Source of the DNA: an uncultured delta proteobacterium | GTDB taxonomy: Bacteria > Myxococcota_A > UBA9160 > SZUA-336 | Length of the DNA stretch: 64,000 nt | Direction of reading: 5' to 3' | NCBI GenBank assembly: GCA_963704165.1 | Contig: CAVPHD010000004.1 | Coordinates: 192,001-256,000 of the forward strand | In this document: positions 42,761-53,686 of the stretch, piece after piece | Position numbering within the stretch: the stretch's first letter is position 1 | Layout: every line of letters begins with the position of its first letter | Notes under the pieces: model-generated | The model's database searches: none | What the model was told of the DNA's origin: nothing | What the model saw: the letters and a program-made list of their open reading frames with translations, nothing else | Program-made: the position numbers and the translations under genes

Positions 42761-43919
42761 TCAGAGCATCGCCTTCTCGGTGCCGATTCCGAGAAGCACG
42801 CGGCCGACGACTTCGAGCGTCGGCTCGGCGACCATGAGGTGTTGCGTGGCGACGTGCACGTCGCGGAAGCAGCGCGAGAGCGGGCTCGCGTCGTAGATCG
42901 CGGTGCCGCCCGCGGCCTGGTAGACCTGATCGACCGCATGGGCGGAGCGCCAGGTCGCGTGCGTGGCCGCGAGCCGCAGCAGCGCGCGCGCCTCGGTGTT
43001 CAGCGCTCCGCGCTGCGCGACCGCCCACACCTCGTCGAGCACCTCGAACAGGAACGCGCGCGCCGCGCGCAGCGAGGCCTCGGCATCCGCGACGGCGCGT
43101 TGCGCAAGCGGTCGGTTCGCGAGCGTGCGCGCGCTGCCCGTCGGCACCTTTCCGACGGCGAGCGCCAGGAACTCCTGGATCGCCCGGCGCGCGATCCCGA
43201 GCGACACCGACGTGACGCCGAGCGCGAGCAGTCCCAGCGTGGGGAACTGGAAGAGCGGCCCCTCGATGCGCGGGCGTCCGCCGAGCAGGACGGATCGGCC
43301 CTCGGGCACGAAGGCGTCGTTCACTTCGAAGTCGTGGCTTCCCGTGCCGCGCAGACCCGACGTGTGCCAGGTGTCGAGCACGCGGACCTGTCCGGGCTCG
43401 AAGAAGAACAGCCGTCGTCTCGCTGCCGGACGGCCCCGTCGCGGCAGTCTCGCCGTTCGCCTCGGCGACGACGCAACCGCCGGCGATCCAGTCGGAGTGG
43501 TGGATGCCGCTGGCGAACGGCCAGCTGCCGCGCACCACGTGGCCACCGGCGACGGGCCGCGCCACGCCGCCGGAACGCACGACGCCGCAGGTCGCGACGT
43601 TCGGATCCGAGCCGTAGATCTTGCGCGCCCATTCGTCGGGGAGCGAGCTCGCGAGCAGCCCGGTCGTCGCTCCGATCATCGTACACCAGCCGGTGGAGCC
43701 ATCGGCGCGACCGATCTCCTCGATCACGCGCACCACGTCGCGGACGTGACGCTCGCTGCCCCCGTAGCGCGCCGGGACGCAGACACGGAACAGGCCGGCC
43801 TCGGCCAGCTTCCGCGCCAGGTCGCGCGGGATCGCGCGCTGCACGTCTCCCTCTGCGGCCCGCTCCGAGATCAGATCCGCCAGACCCCGCGCTGCTTCGA
43901 ACTCCGGGCACTCATTCAT
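42761..43919 (-). CDS. Second HsaA-like flavin-dependent monooxygenase (frameshifted)
   Basis: ADGSTGW, GSWPFASG, TWHTSGLRGTGSHD, RCFRDVHVATQH. Confidence 0.83.
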
Positions 43920-44907
43920 CGCGCGATCTTGATCCGTCGGTCGGTCCCCACGCAACCGGCGCCGAGTGCCGCAGCGCATCGATCCGCACGCGATGTGCGA
44001 TTCCGATCGGGCAGCTCTCCTCGCAGGCTCCGCAGCCGGTGCACGCGTCGAGGACGCTCCTCGGAATCGCGCGCGCGGCCGGATCGGAGCGCTGCGCGAG
44101 CAGCAGCCGCATCGGCGAGAGCGGATGCCCCTCGCGCGCGGGGGGCAGGCGACATCGCAGCGAGCGCAGCCGCTGCACGCGGCGAGCTGCAAACGCAGCC
44201 GCCACGGGAGTCGTCCACGCGCGTCGATCGCAGGAGGAACGGCGGGCTCGCGCGCATTCAGCAGGATCGAAAGCGGCGCGGCGAGAACGTGGCGAAGCCT
44301 CGTGAACGGGATCGCCGCGAGCAGCGCGGTGGCGGAGGCGATGTGAGCGACGTGGAGGACGCCGAAAGTCGCGGCACCCGCGAGTCCGGATCGCACGAAG
44401 AGCCGCGCGAGTGCGTGCCCGAGCCAGAGCTCGGCCTGCGCGTCGGCCGGCACGAGGGCGAGGCGTGCCCCTTCGACGAGAAATCCGCTCACGGGCACCG
44501 CCAGCAAGAGGACGAGCACGAGACCATCTCCGGGGAGGTCGACCTGCAACCGCTGCCAACGCCGCACGAAGCGGCGGTACAGGGCCATGGCCCCGCCGAG
44601 TGCCAAGGCCACTCCCGAGATCTCGCGCGTCAACGGAAGCCAGGCCTCGAGCGCGTGGAGAACGGCCGGCCGTGAAACGCCGGCGTGCGCCCAACGCTCG
44701 AGCGCCGTCGCCACGACGAGTCCCGCGGCGCCCCAGGACAGAAGCGAGTGCATCAGCGGTGCCCGCCAGCCTCCGCGGCGAATTCCGGACTGGACGATTG
44801 CGCGCTGCCAGAATTCGGTCGAGCGCGCCCCCCCGGCCCGGCGCGCTCAGCACCCGGGAGTCGATGATCCCGTCCCCGGTTCGAAAACCTGGTCCGTGTG
44901 CGAGCAC
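43912..44907 (-). CDS. NarI/HdrE-like membrane domain fused to a 4Fe-4S dicluster (frameshifted, start uncertain)
   Basis: MHSLLSWG, SGFLVEGAR, PFTRLRH, CSGCARCDVACP, CTGCGACEESCP. Confidence 0.65.
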   Translation of the reverse strand: MLAHGPGFRTGDGIIDSRVLSAPGRGGALDRILAARNRPVRNSPRRLAGTADALASVLGRRGTRRGDGARALGARRRFTAGRSPRARGLASVDARDLGSGLGTRRGHGPVPPLRAALAAVAGRPPRRWSRARPLAGGARERISRRRGTPRPRAGRRAGRALARARTRAALRAIRTRGCRDFRRPPRRSHRLRHRAARGDPVHEASPRSRRAAFDPAECARARRSSCDRRAWTTPVAAAFAARRVQRLRSLRCRLPPAREGHPLSPMRLLLAQRSDPAARAIPRSVLDACTGCGACEESCPIGIAHRVRIDALRHSAPVAWGPTDGSRSRDE

Positions 44908-45086
44908 CGTTCAGCTTTCCGAACGCGGGATTTCCCCTTCGCGAGCGGCCGTCTTCCGGCCCCGCGTCCGGTGCGCCCGAGGGAGCGTTCGAATCGTCGA
45001 ACCGGGGCGCGGGTGGCTCGGATCAGCACTTCGAAAAACCTCAGCATCTTCAACCGGTTTCGTGTGTCGCGAAATCGAGATCCCAA

Positions 45087-45102
45087 CGGCAAGCAACTTG
45101 CA
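45087..45102 (+). promoter_or_regulatory. Sigma54 promoter upstream of the WD40 genes
   Basis: CGGCAAG-CAAC-TTGCA, close to the consensus TGGCACG-N4-TTGCW. Confidence 0.6.
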
Positions 45103-45153
45103 TTCCGACCCGGCTTGCGGCCGTGGGGATCGCGATGGGGATGGGAGGAACGT

Positions 45154-46968
45154 GTGGAGATTCGTGCATCGGAGGACGCGGCGGCCGGACACTCCGCGCC
45201 AACGTGGATGGTGAGCTGGAGCCCCGACGGGACGACGCTCGCGTCGAGCTCCGAGGATGGCTCGGTGATTCTCTGGGACGCGCGAACGGGCGCTCCGCTC
45301 CGGCGGCTCTCTGGACACGACCGCGCCGTCTGGTCGGTCACGTGGCGCCCGGACGGGAGACGCCTGGCGACGGGCAGCGACGACGGGACCGCGGCGATCT
45401 GGGATCCGGCCGACGGCCGGCGCGTTCACGTGCTCACCGGTCATGCGGCCGGGGTCTGGGCGACCGGCTGGAGTGCCGACGGCCGACGGCTCGTCACGGG
45501 CGCGAGTGACTCGCGAATGTGTGTCTGGAACGGTGACAGCGGCGAGCTCGTCGCCGTGATCGAAGATCACCCGGCACTGCCGAAGGATGCGCGCTTCTCG
45601 CCCGACGGTCGCTGGCTCGCGACCTGTTGCGACGACCACCGGGTGCGCATCTTCGACGCGACGAACTTCACGCTGACGTGCGAGCTCGAAGGCCACACGC
45701 ATCACGTCAACACCGTCGATTGGACCCCGGATTCGCGATTCGTGGTGAGCGCTTCACACGACCGCACCGTGCGCGTCTGGGACGCGCTCGAACACCGACC
45801 GGTCCGCACGATCGAAGCCCACGAGGACGACATCGACGCCGCCAGCGTTTCTCCCGACGGGCGGCTGATTGCGAGCGCGGGGCACGATCGCGACCTGCGC
45901 GTGTGGGATCTTGCGACGGGCCGGCGCGTCGCCAGCCTCGCCGGGCACACGGACGAGATCGAGTGGGTTTCGTGGTCGCCCGACGGCCGACGTCTGGCCA
46001 CCACGTCGATCGACGCCCGGGTCCGGATCTACGACTTCGAACGCCGCGAGCTGCAGCACGTTCTGCCCGGACGCAATCGCTCGGTGTCGCGCGTGCGGGT
46101 CGCGCCCGGCGGTGAACGCATCGCCATCGCCGGAGCCGATCGATCGCTGCGCGTGCTCGACGGCTCGGGCGCGCCGATCGAAGCGCTCGACGACGTGCAC
46201 CCGAAGGCCGTCAAGGGAATGGAATGGTCGCCCGACGGTCAGCGCCTCGCGACCACGTCGCTCGACGGGGGTGTCGCCGTCTGGGAGTCGAGCCCGAGCG
46301 GCGTCGATTCCGTTCCGACGCGTTTCCAGCTCCCCGTCGGTGTCTATGCCGTGACCTGGTCACCCGACGGGCGGCGCCTGGCGGTAGGATTGGAGGACGG
46401 CGCGGTCGAGGTTCTCGACGCGCGAAGCGGGTCGAGGATCCGCAGCTTCCGCGATCACGACGAGCCGGTCTACTGCGTGGCCTGGTCGCCGGACGGCGAG
46501 TGGATCGCGTCGGCCTCGCGCGACGCCACGGTGGGAATGCACTCCGATCGCGACGACCGCCGCATCGAGTGTCGCGGACATACCGACCTTCTCTTCTCCA
46601 CGACCTGGTCGCCCGACGGCCGGCTGCTCGCGTCGAGCTCGCGCGACCGCACGACCCGAATCTGGGATCTCGACGGACGCTGCCTTCGGGTGCTCGACGG
46701 GCACGCGCTCAGCGTCTGGGACGCGCGCTTCTCGCTCGATGGAAAGCGCATCGCGTCGTGCTCCTTCGACGCCACGATCCGCGTCTACGACGTGGTCACG
46801 GGCGAGTCACTCGCTTGTCTGCACGGGCACACGCGCCAGGTCTCCAGCATCGACTGGGGCCCCGACGGGAGGCTGTGGAGCGGCAGCCGCGACGGGACCT
46901 GTCGCGTGTGGGACCTCGATCGCGGGACCCACGAGGTGCGAATTCCGAATCCGACGGAGATCTCATGA
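45154..46968 (+). CDS. WD40-repeat protein (about 14 repeats)
   Basis: Repeated GH...V.WSPDG..LAS.S.D..V.IWD; GTG start after GGAGG. Confidence 0.88.
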   Translation: MEIRASEDAAAGHSAPTWMVSWSPDGTTLASSSEDGSVILWDARTGAPLRRLSGHDRAVWSVTWRPDGRRLATGSDDGTAAIWDPADGRRVHVLTGHAAGVWATGWSADGRRLVTGASDSRMCVWNGDSGELVAVIEDHPALPKDARFSPDGRWLATCCDDHRVRIFDATNFTLTCELEGHTHHVNTVDWTPDSRFVVSASHDRTVRVWDALEHRPVRTIEAHEDDIDAASVSPDGRLIASAGHDRDLRVWDLATGRRVASLAGHTDEIEWVSWSPDGRRLATTSIDARVRIYDFERRELQHVLPGRNRSVSRVRVAPGGERIAIAGADRSLRVLDGSGAPIEALDDVHPKAVKGMEWSPDGQRLATTSLDGGVAVWESSPSGVDSVPTRFQLPVGVYAVTWSPDGRRLAVGLEDGAVEVLDARSGSRIRSFRDHDEPVYCVAWSPDGEWIASASRDATVGMHSDRDDRRIECRGHTDLLFSTTWSPDGRLLASSSRDRTTRIWDLDGRCLRVLDGHALSVWDARFSLDGKRIASCSFDATIRVYDVVTGESLACLHGHTRQVSSIDWGPDGRLWSGSRDGTCRVWDLDRGTHEVRIPNPTEIS

Positions 46969-48816
46969 GACCGGACGATCGACCGTCGGAAGGCGCTGCG
47001 CACGTCGCGCCGATCAGCTGCGCGACGGTATCGGCCGACGCGCGCTGGATCGCGTCCGGAAGTTACGACGCGACGATCCGAATCTGGGACGCGACGACGG
47101 GAAGCGTGGTCCGCGTGATCGAAGCGACGAGTCTCGTGAACGGGATCGACTTCTCGCCGGACGGGCGCTTCATCGCGAGCGGAGAGTGCGATCACGTGGC
47201 GTACCTCCGCGACGTCGAGAACGGGGAGCACGCTCCGCGACGCTGCGCGGTCACACCGATGACGTGAACACCGTCGCGTTCTCGCCCGACGGCAGGAGCC
47301 TGGCGACGGCGAGCTTCGACGACACCGCGCGGATCTGGGATTTGGAGAGCGGCGCTTGCCTGCACGTACTCGCGGGGCACGCCGACGACGTCAACGGCGT
47401 GCACTGGAGCCCCGACGGCAGCACTCGTCTCCACCGCCTCCGACGACGGCACCGCGCGCCTGTGGGAAGCCGAGACCGGCAAGCAGCTCGCGGTTCTCGA
47501 AGGCGCGCAGGACTGGTGCGATCAAGCCCCGTTCTCGCCCGACGGCCGCCACATTCTGTGCTCGTCGATGGACGGACGTGCGCGGATCTTCTCCGTGCCC
47601 GATGGCCGACTCGTGCGCGTGCTGGCGGACCACGGCGGCCCGGTGAAGGCAGCGGCGCTGGAGCCGCGACGGGCGTCGAATCTGCACGGCGAGCTACGAC
47701 CATCGCCTTCGCGAGTTCGTCGCACGAATTCGGGAGAGCTGCTCCGCGAGACCTCGAGCGCGTGGATGTGGACTCGGACCATCACCGAGATCGGCACCGG
47801 GCGCGGCTGGGTCACCGGCTCGTTCGAAGGTGCGCCGATCGTCTGGAGTCCCGACGGCGAAGCGCAGGGGCTCGTCGCGGCGCCGACGCACGGCGCGGGC
47901 GCCGCGGCGGTCTCGCCCGACGAACGCCTCGTCGCGGTTCCGTCCGACGACGGCTTCACCGGCGTGTATCGATTCGAAGACGGCGTGCGCGTGGCTTCGC
48001 TTCGCGGTCACGCCGGTCCGCCGATCTGCGCCGCCTTCTCGCCCGACGGTCGCCGCCTCGCCACCGGCATCCTGGGACGACTCCGTCGCGGTCCACGACA
48101 CCGCGAGCTTCGAGCTCGTGACGCGGATCCGGGGCCTGAACGACATCGTCTGTGCGCTCGCGTTCTCGGCAGACGGACGGGAGATCGTCACCGCGCATTA
48201 CTCCGGCGCCGTGGTTCGATGGGATGCCTCGAGCGGGCAGATCATGGGCCTGCTCACCTCACACCATGGATCGGCGAAGGCGCTCTGCCTCGGCCCGGAC
48301 GGCAGCTACCTGAGCGCCGGGCGAGACGGAGCCGTTCATCGCAGTCACGGGACCGGGGCTCCGACACGCTGGTCGCTCGCGCGAACGATCGTGAACGGCG
48401 TCGCGCTCGATCCCGCCGGACGACGATTCGTGACCGGCTCGCGCGACCACGGAGTCCGCGTTCACGATGTCGTGACGGGTGACGTGCTCGCCTCCTACGA
48501 CGGTCACGAATGCTCGGTCAAGACGGTGGCGTGGTCGTGCGATGGGACGCGCGTGGCCGCGGGCTACTACGACGGCTGCGTGCTGCTCTGGGAGCCGGAG
48601 AGCGGACGTGCGCGCGTGGTGTCACCCGTGAACGGCCATTCGGTGAGTCAGGTGACGTTCAAGAGCGACGGCGGGCTCGTGATCTCGTCCTGGAATCCGA
48701 CCGGCGAGATCGCGGTGACCGATGCCGACGGGATCGTGCGCGCGACCTTCGGAGGCACCGGGCATTCACTGGAGCGAAGCGTCGGAACGTGCCTGTCCGC
48801 GTCGGACGCGGCCTAG
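46965..48816 (+). CDS. Second WD40-repeat protein (multiple frameshifts)
   Basis: ATGA overlap; WD40 units across several frames. Confidence 0.8.
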
Positions 48817-48823
48817 CGCAGCG

Positions 48824-49489
48824 TCAGGTCCCCGCGTCCTCGCCGCCACGGGCGATCCTCTCGAGCTCGGGCCGATCGACGATTCGCACCCAGCCGACGC
48901 CGCCCTCGATCCAGCCGGCCTTCTCGAAACGCCGAAGCACGCGGATCGCGGTCTCGACGGTCGTACCGGCGGACTCGCCGAGCACGCGCCGCGTGGTCTC
49001 GATGCGATCATCCTCGGCCGTTTCGAGCAGGGCGCGCGCCATCCGTGCCGTGACGCTGTCGTGCGCGAACGAGCAGAGCCGATCGTGCGCCCGCTGCAGC
49101 CGCGTGGCGACGATCGCGAGAAGCGCGCGACTCACGTCGGGGTTCTTGTCCATGAGCGAAATCACGACGCGCCGGGGCACGCACCAGGCCTCGGAGGCGG
49201 TGACCGCCTGGGTGCTCTCGGTATAGGCGGCGTCCGCGCTCAGCGAGGCCATCCCGAACGGATCGCCCGGGTGCAGCGTCTCGAGGGTGATCACGCGCCC
49301 CGATGCGCTGGCCTTCAGCGCGCGGACCTCCCCGCTGCGCATGGTCCAGAAGCGCGCCGCGGGCTCCCCCTCGTGGTACAGGTAACGGCCTTCCGCGAAC
49401 TTCTTGAGGGTCAGGTAGGGCCGGAGCTGGTCGATCTTGGGCAGGAAGATCTTGTAGAGGGAGGTCTTCTCCAGCGGCGTCGACTTCAC
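48824..49489 (-). CDS. Crp/Fnr-family regulator (no FNR Cys cluster)
   Basis: LYHEGEPA, SGEV, PGDPFG, RMARALL, HTH GTTVETAIRVL. Confidence 0.9.
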   Translation of the reverse strand: MKSTPLEKTSLYKIFLPKIDQLRPYLTLKKFAEGRYLYHEGEPAARFWTMRSGEVRALKASASGRVITLETLHPGDPFGMASLSADAAYTESTQAVTASEAWCVPRRVVISLMDKNPDVSRALLAIVATRLQRAHDRLCSFAHDSVTARMARALLETAEDDRIETTRRVLGESAGTTVETAIRVLRRFEKAGWIEGGVGWVRIVDRPELERIARGGEDAGT

Positions 49490-49530
49490 GTCGGGCCCCC
49501 GGCGGGGCGCAGACAGCGCGAGGCGACGGT

Positions 49531-49546
49531 TATGACAGGCGTCATA
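49531..49546 (+). promoter_or_regulatory. Crp/Fnr-type box between the regulator and hemerythrin genes
   Basis: TATGAC-AGGC-GTCATA; TACACT -10 at 49569. Confidence 0.7.
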
Positions 49547-49583
49547 CGGCACATCCTCGCACACTGTTTACACTGAATTTCTG

Positions 49584-50008
49584 ATGGCGGAAAAGCGCGC
49601 GGGCGAACTCGCCGTTCGAGAGAACCTCGATCGATGGTGGGAGGAGCACAGCGAACTCGACCGGCTGGTCGCGGCGCTGGAGGAGTCGCTGAACGGGGGC
49701 CGGATCGAGGCGAACCGCGGCGCGCTCGACGAGCTGGCGGCGGCCTTCGAGTCCCACTTCGACGTCGAGGAGCGCGTCTATTTCCCCTGATCGAGCGCTT
49801 CTCGCCCGAGCACTCCGTGAGCGTGCGAGCGGCGCGCCTTGCGCATTCGAAGGTCGCGGAGACCCTCGAGAGCCTGCGCGCCCTGATCGAGCACGGAGAC
49901 CTCCCCGAGGCCCGCAGCGTGCTTGCTTTCCTGCTCGACAACTTCCGCACCCACGAAGCGGCAGAAGCCAAGCTCATCGCCGCACTCGAGCGCAGTCGGG
50001 CCTCCTGA
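49584..50008 (+). CDS. Hemerythrin HHE-domain protein; frameshift in the C run near 49786
   Basis: EEHSELD, HFDVEERVYFP, AH, HEAAE. Confidence 0.75.
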
Positions 50009-50054
50009 CGTCCCGGTCGTGCGTGCCGGTCCGGGTCGCTGGTAGCATGCCCGG

Positions 50055-51497
50055 ATGGACGACCTGACGTACGCGACCGCGGGCGAGCTCGCGCGCAAGA
50101 TCCGAAACAAGGAGCTCGGCTCCCTCGAGCTGACCGATCACTTCATCGCACGGATCGAACGGATCGACGCCGAGCTGAACGCCGTGGTCGTGCGCGACTT
50201 CGAGCGCGCACGCGCGGCCGCGCGTGCAGCCGACGCGGCGCCCCGAAGCGACGCCCCGCTGCACGGGGTGCCGATGACGATCAAGGAGTCGTACGACATC
50301 GCGGGTCTGCCGACGACCTGGGGATTCCCGATCTTCAAGGGCAACGTCGCGGCGACGGACGCGCAGGCGGTTCAGGCGTTCAAGCAGGCCGGTGCGGTGT
50401 TCATGGGGAAGACGAACGTTCCCCTCGGCCTCGCCGACTTCCAGAGCTACAACGAGATCTACGGCACGACCCGAAACCCCTGGGACCTCGCTCGGAGTCC
50501 CGGTGGCTCGTCCGGTGGAGCGGCGGCAGCGCTGGCGTCGGGGATGACCCCGCTCGAGTGCGGCTCCGACATCGGTGGGTCGATCCGGAACCCCGCCCAC
50601 TACTGCGGCGTGTACGGACACAAACCGACCTGGGGAATCGTGCCGCCGCAGGGACACGCGCTTCCCGGAATGGTCGCTGCGTCCGACATCGCGGTCTGCG
50701 GTCCCCTCGCGCGCAGCGCGGAAGATCTGCGTCTGGCGCTGGACGTGCTCGTCCGGCCGGAGCCCCTCGACCGACGTGGCTGGCGGATGCACCTGCCCGC
50801 GCCGACGAAGACCGCGCTTCGCGACTTCCGGGTCGCCATCTGGCCGACCGACGCTCGCGCACCGGTGACCTCCGAGATTGCCGACCGCGCGGCCCGAATC
50901 GGTGACATGCTCGCGCGTCGCGGCGCCAGGGTGTCGGATTCGGCCCGGCCCGAGATCGATCCCGGACTGGCGAACATCACCTACCTGAACCTGCTCAACT
51001 CGATCATCGGTGCGGGCGTCCCGCCCGAGATCTACGCGCGATCGCAGGCGCTCGCGGCGCAGACCGACCCGAACGATCTCTCCGATCCGGCCGTGATGGC
51101 GCGCGCCGCCGTCCTGAGCCACGCCGACTGGCTCCGGGCCGACAATGCGCGGGAGCTGCTCCGCTACGCCTGGCGGAAGTTCTTCGACGAGTGGGACGTT
51201 CTGATCTGCCCGCAGGTCGCCACGCCGGCCTTCGAGCACGACCACGCTCCAATCGATCAGCGCGTTCTCGAGGTCGATGGGGAGGAGCAGCGCTATTTCC
51301 AGCAGCTCTTCTGGGCGGGGCTGATCACCGGTCCGTACCTGCCAAGCACGGTGTTCCCGACGGGTCTCTCGGTCTCGGGCCTGCCGATCGGGCTTCAGGC
51401 CGTCGGCGCCGAGTACGACGACCTGATCACGATCGACTTCACCCGGCTCGTCGCGCAGGAGATCGGCGGCTTCGTGCCGCCACCGGCGTACCGCTAG
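50055..51497 (+). CDS. Amidase signature family protein
   Basis: GVPMTIKE, GKTNVP, PGGSSGG, GSDIGGSIRNPA. Confidence 0.93.
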   Translation: MDDLTYATAGELARKIRNKELGSLELTDHFIARIERIDAELNAVVVRDFERARAAARAADAAPRSDAPLHGVPMTIKESYDIAGLPTTWGFPIFKGNVAATDAQAVQAFKQAGAVFMGKTNVPLGLADFQSYNEIYGTTRNPWDLARSPGGSSGGAAAALASGMTPLECGSDIGGSIRNPAHYCGVYGHKPTWGIVPPQGHALPGMVAASDIAVCGPLARSAEDLRLALDVLVRPEPLDRRGWRMHLPAPTKTALRDFRVAIWPTDARAPVTSEIADRAARIGDMLARRGARVSDSARPEIDPGLANITYLNLLNSIIGAGVPPEIYARSQALAAQTDPNDLSDPAVMARAAVLSHADWLRADNARELLRYAWRKFFDEWDVLICPQVATPAFEHDHAPIDQRVLEVDGEEQRYFQQLFWAGLITGPYLPSTVFPTGLSVSGLPIGLQAVGAEYDDLITIDFTRLVAQEIGGFVPPPAYR

Positions 51498-51640
51498 ACA
51501 CGTCGTCGTTCCGAGCGGGTGGAAGTTGGAACACTTCGTGTTGACTTCTCCCCACCCGATGCTCACGCTGCGCCGTGCTCGCGGTGGTTTTGACGGTGGA
51601 GTCGGACGCGTTCCCGATCTTCGGTCGGGCGCGGGAGGTC

Positions 51641-52333
51641 ATGAGAATGGGCGCGGTATCGGCAGTCGCAGGGGTTCTCGCATCGGCGTTCGTCGTGCTC
51701 GGCGTCGGGCAAGCCCATGCGGCGGTGGTCACGTTCACGGGCGGGACCGTCACGCGTCTCGACGCGACGACGCAGACCACGAACAATTCGATCGACTGGG
51801 ACAACGTCGACTACTACGAGGAGAACGGATTCCGCTTGGACTTCGCGCCGAACTCCGGAAGCGCGTTCTTCTCCACTCACGTCGGCGATTACTATTCGGC
51901 CGGGAACGACGTGATTCACGGTCATTGGGCGACCGGTGACTTCGGTTTTCTCACCGCGATCGAGATCACCAAGATCGGCGGCGGCACGTTCGACCTCAAC
52001 TACTTCATCCTCGTGTCGAACACCGAAATCGGCGGAGGCCCGGCCAGCGGGTTCGAGCAGGCGTGGATCGAGGGCTTCAACTCCAACGTCAGCACCGGTT
52101 CGCCCGTGCTGCTTCCGTCCGAGAACTGGGCTTTTCCGGCGACGCAGATCTACCTGGGTTCCAATTTCGACTCGGTCGATCTGGTTCGCTTCTACGTCAC
52201 GAACGCGGTCGACTGCTACGGCATGGACGAGTTCTACATCGACGAGCCCGCGCCGGTGCCCGAACCCTCGACCGCTCTCCTCGCGGTTGTCGGGTTCGCA
52301 GCGCTTTTCGCCGGAGCTCTTGATCGCCGGTAG
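51641..52333 (+). CDS. PEP-CTERM exosortase target protein
   Basis: Signal peptide ..QAHA; C-terminal VPEPSTALL-TM-RR. Confidence 0.85.
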   Translation: MRMGAVSAVAGVLASAFVVLGVGQAHAAVVTFTGGTVTRLDATTQTTNNSIDWDNVDYYEENGFRLDFAPNSGSAFFSTHVGDYYSAGNDVIHGHWATGDFGFLTAIEITKIGGGTFDLNYFILVSNTEIGGGPASGFEQAWIEGFNSNVSTGSPVLLPSENWAFPATQIYLGSNFDSVDLVRFYVTNAVDCYGMDEFYIDEPAPVPEPSTALLAVVGFAALFAGALDRR

Positions 52334-52521
52334 GGATGCGAGCTGAAGCGCCCCATCGCCTCGGATCGGCGACGTGCAGGCCGCGTGCAGCTCTGGTTCC
52401 GACACCGCCGGGTGACGGGGGCTTCTGAAGATCGCTGAGCCCGCCGGCGCCGGCCGCGAGCTTCCGCTTCGCTCACGGGCGGACCTGGCAGGGTGTATCG
52501 TGGTGCAGACGGAGTTCGAAG

Positions 52522-53568
52522 GTGGCTGAATCCAAAGCGAGGGCTGCGCCGCCTCGAGGCGCGGGAGGTGGCAGCCGCTCCGGCCTGCTCGACGTCGTGC
52601 GGCTCTTCTCCGGCTTCGACATCGTGGCCTTCCACACGAGCTCTGCCCTCGGTGACAGCTCCGCGTTCCGACTCGGCATCGGAATGGCGATCTTCCTGTT
52701 GATGAGCGCGGTGAGCGTGGGGATGTACGCCGGTGAGCGCCCGTTCCGTCCATTCCTCGCGGAGCGCAGCCGACGCTACCTGATTCCCTACGCGTTCTGG
52801 TGGGTCGTGTACTTCGTCATCAAGACGGCGATGGCACTTCGGCACGACGAATCGGCGTTCGGCTGGTTCGATCCGAGCATGCTCTGGCAGGGAACCTACT
52901 ACCACCTCTGGTTCATGCCGGTGGCGCTCGGTGTCTGCGTCGCGGTAGAGGGACTCCGGCGCGCGACGCGGCAGGTGTCGACCGGGGGCTTCCTCGCCGT
53001 CGTCCTGTTGCTGTCGCCGCTCTTCTTCTACGCCGGTCCCACTCTGCGCCCGATCGTCGGGGTCGGTTGGTTCCAATGGGTCTGGATGATTCCCGCGGTA
53101 CCGATGGGGGTGGCGTTCGGGCGGATCATCGCGCTACCGAGGACGCCGCGCTGGGGCTTCGCGATGCTCGTCTTCTCCGGCGTGCTCGCCGCGAGCGGTG
53201 TCGCCGTCTGGTCCGCCGTCGACGACACCTACCCACTGCGTTTCGCGCTGGGTGCGCTCCTGATCGGAATCGGCTTCGCGATTCCCTTTCCCTCGAATGC
53301 GTTTCTGTACCGCGCTCGGACGGTGTCTGCCGGCATCTTCCTGTGCCACCCGATGGTCCTGCGCGTCATGCTGCGCTTCTTCGATCAGCTTCCGATCGCG
53401 TTGGTCGCGGCGGTCATGTGGGCTCTTTCCGGCTGCTTGACGCTGTCGCTTCAGCGAACCCGTCTCGCGCGCTTCGTCGGCGACCCACCCGCCGCCGGGA
53501 GCATCGTCCCGAAGCGGGTTCGGAGTCCTGAGCTCCGAGATACTGTGCGGAGTCACTCGGTAACCTAG
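52522..53568 (+). CDS. Acyltransferase family 3 membrane protein
   Basis: LDVVR..VAFH, FLLMS, RYLIPY, YHLWFM, GIFLCHP. Confidence 0.8.
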   Translation: MAESKARAAPPRGAGGGSRSGLLDVVRLFSGFDIVAFHTSSALGDSSAFRLGIGMAIFLLMSAVSVGMYAGERPFRPFLAERSRRYLIPYAFWWVVYFVIKTAMALRHDESAFGWFDPSMLWQGTYYHLWFMPVALGVCVAVEGLRRATRQVSTGGFLAVVLLLSPLFFYAGPTLRPIVGVGWFQWVWMIPAVPMGVAFGRIIALPRTPRWGFAMLVFSGVLAASGVAVWSAVDDTYPLRFALGALLIGIGFAIPFPSNAFLYRARTVSAGIFLCHPMVLRVMLRFFDQLPIALVAAVMWALSGCLTLSLQRTRLARFVGDPPAAGSIVPKRVRSPELRDTVRSHSVT

Positions 53569-53648
53569 AGCTTGCCGAGAACGGCGGCGCGCGGCTCGAC
53601 GAATGGGGACCATCGCCCGTCCGCAAGCGGATGAGTGCCGGAGCTGGC

Positions 53649-53677
53649 GTGACTTCTACCCTACACCGGGGTATGTT
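53649..53677 (+). promoter_or_regulatory. Sigma70 promoter for the riboswitch transcript
   Basis: GTGACT-17 nt-TATGTT, ending 10 nt before the aptamer. Confidence 0.55.
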
Positions 53678-53686
53678 ACGCGCGAA

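Noticed and set aside
45154..48816. CRISPR-like or DNA tandem repeats
   Set aside because: The recurring TCGCCCGACGG is codon-level WD40 periodicity (SPDG); there is no repeat-spacer array and no cas genes.
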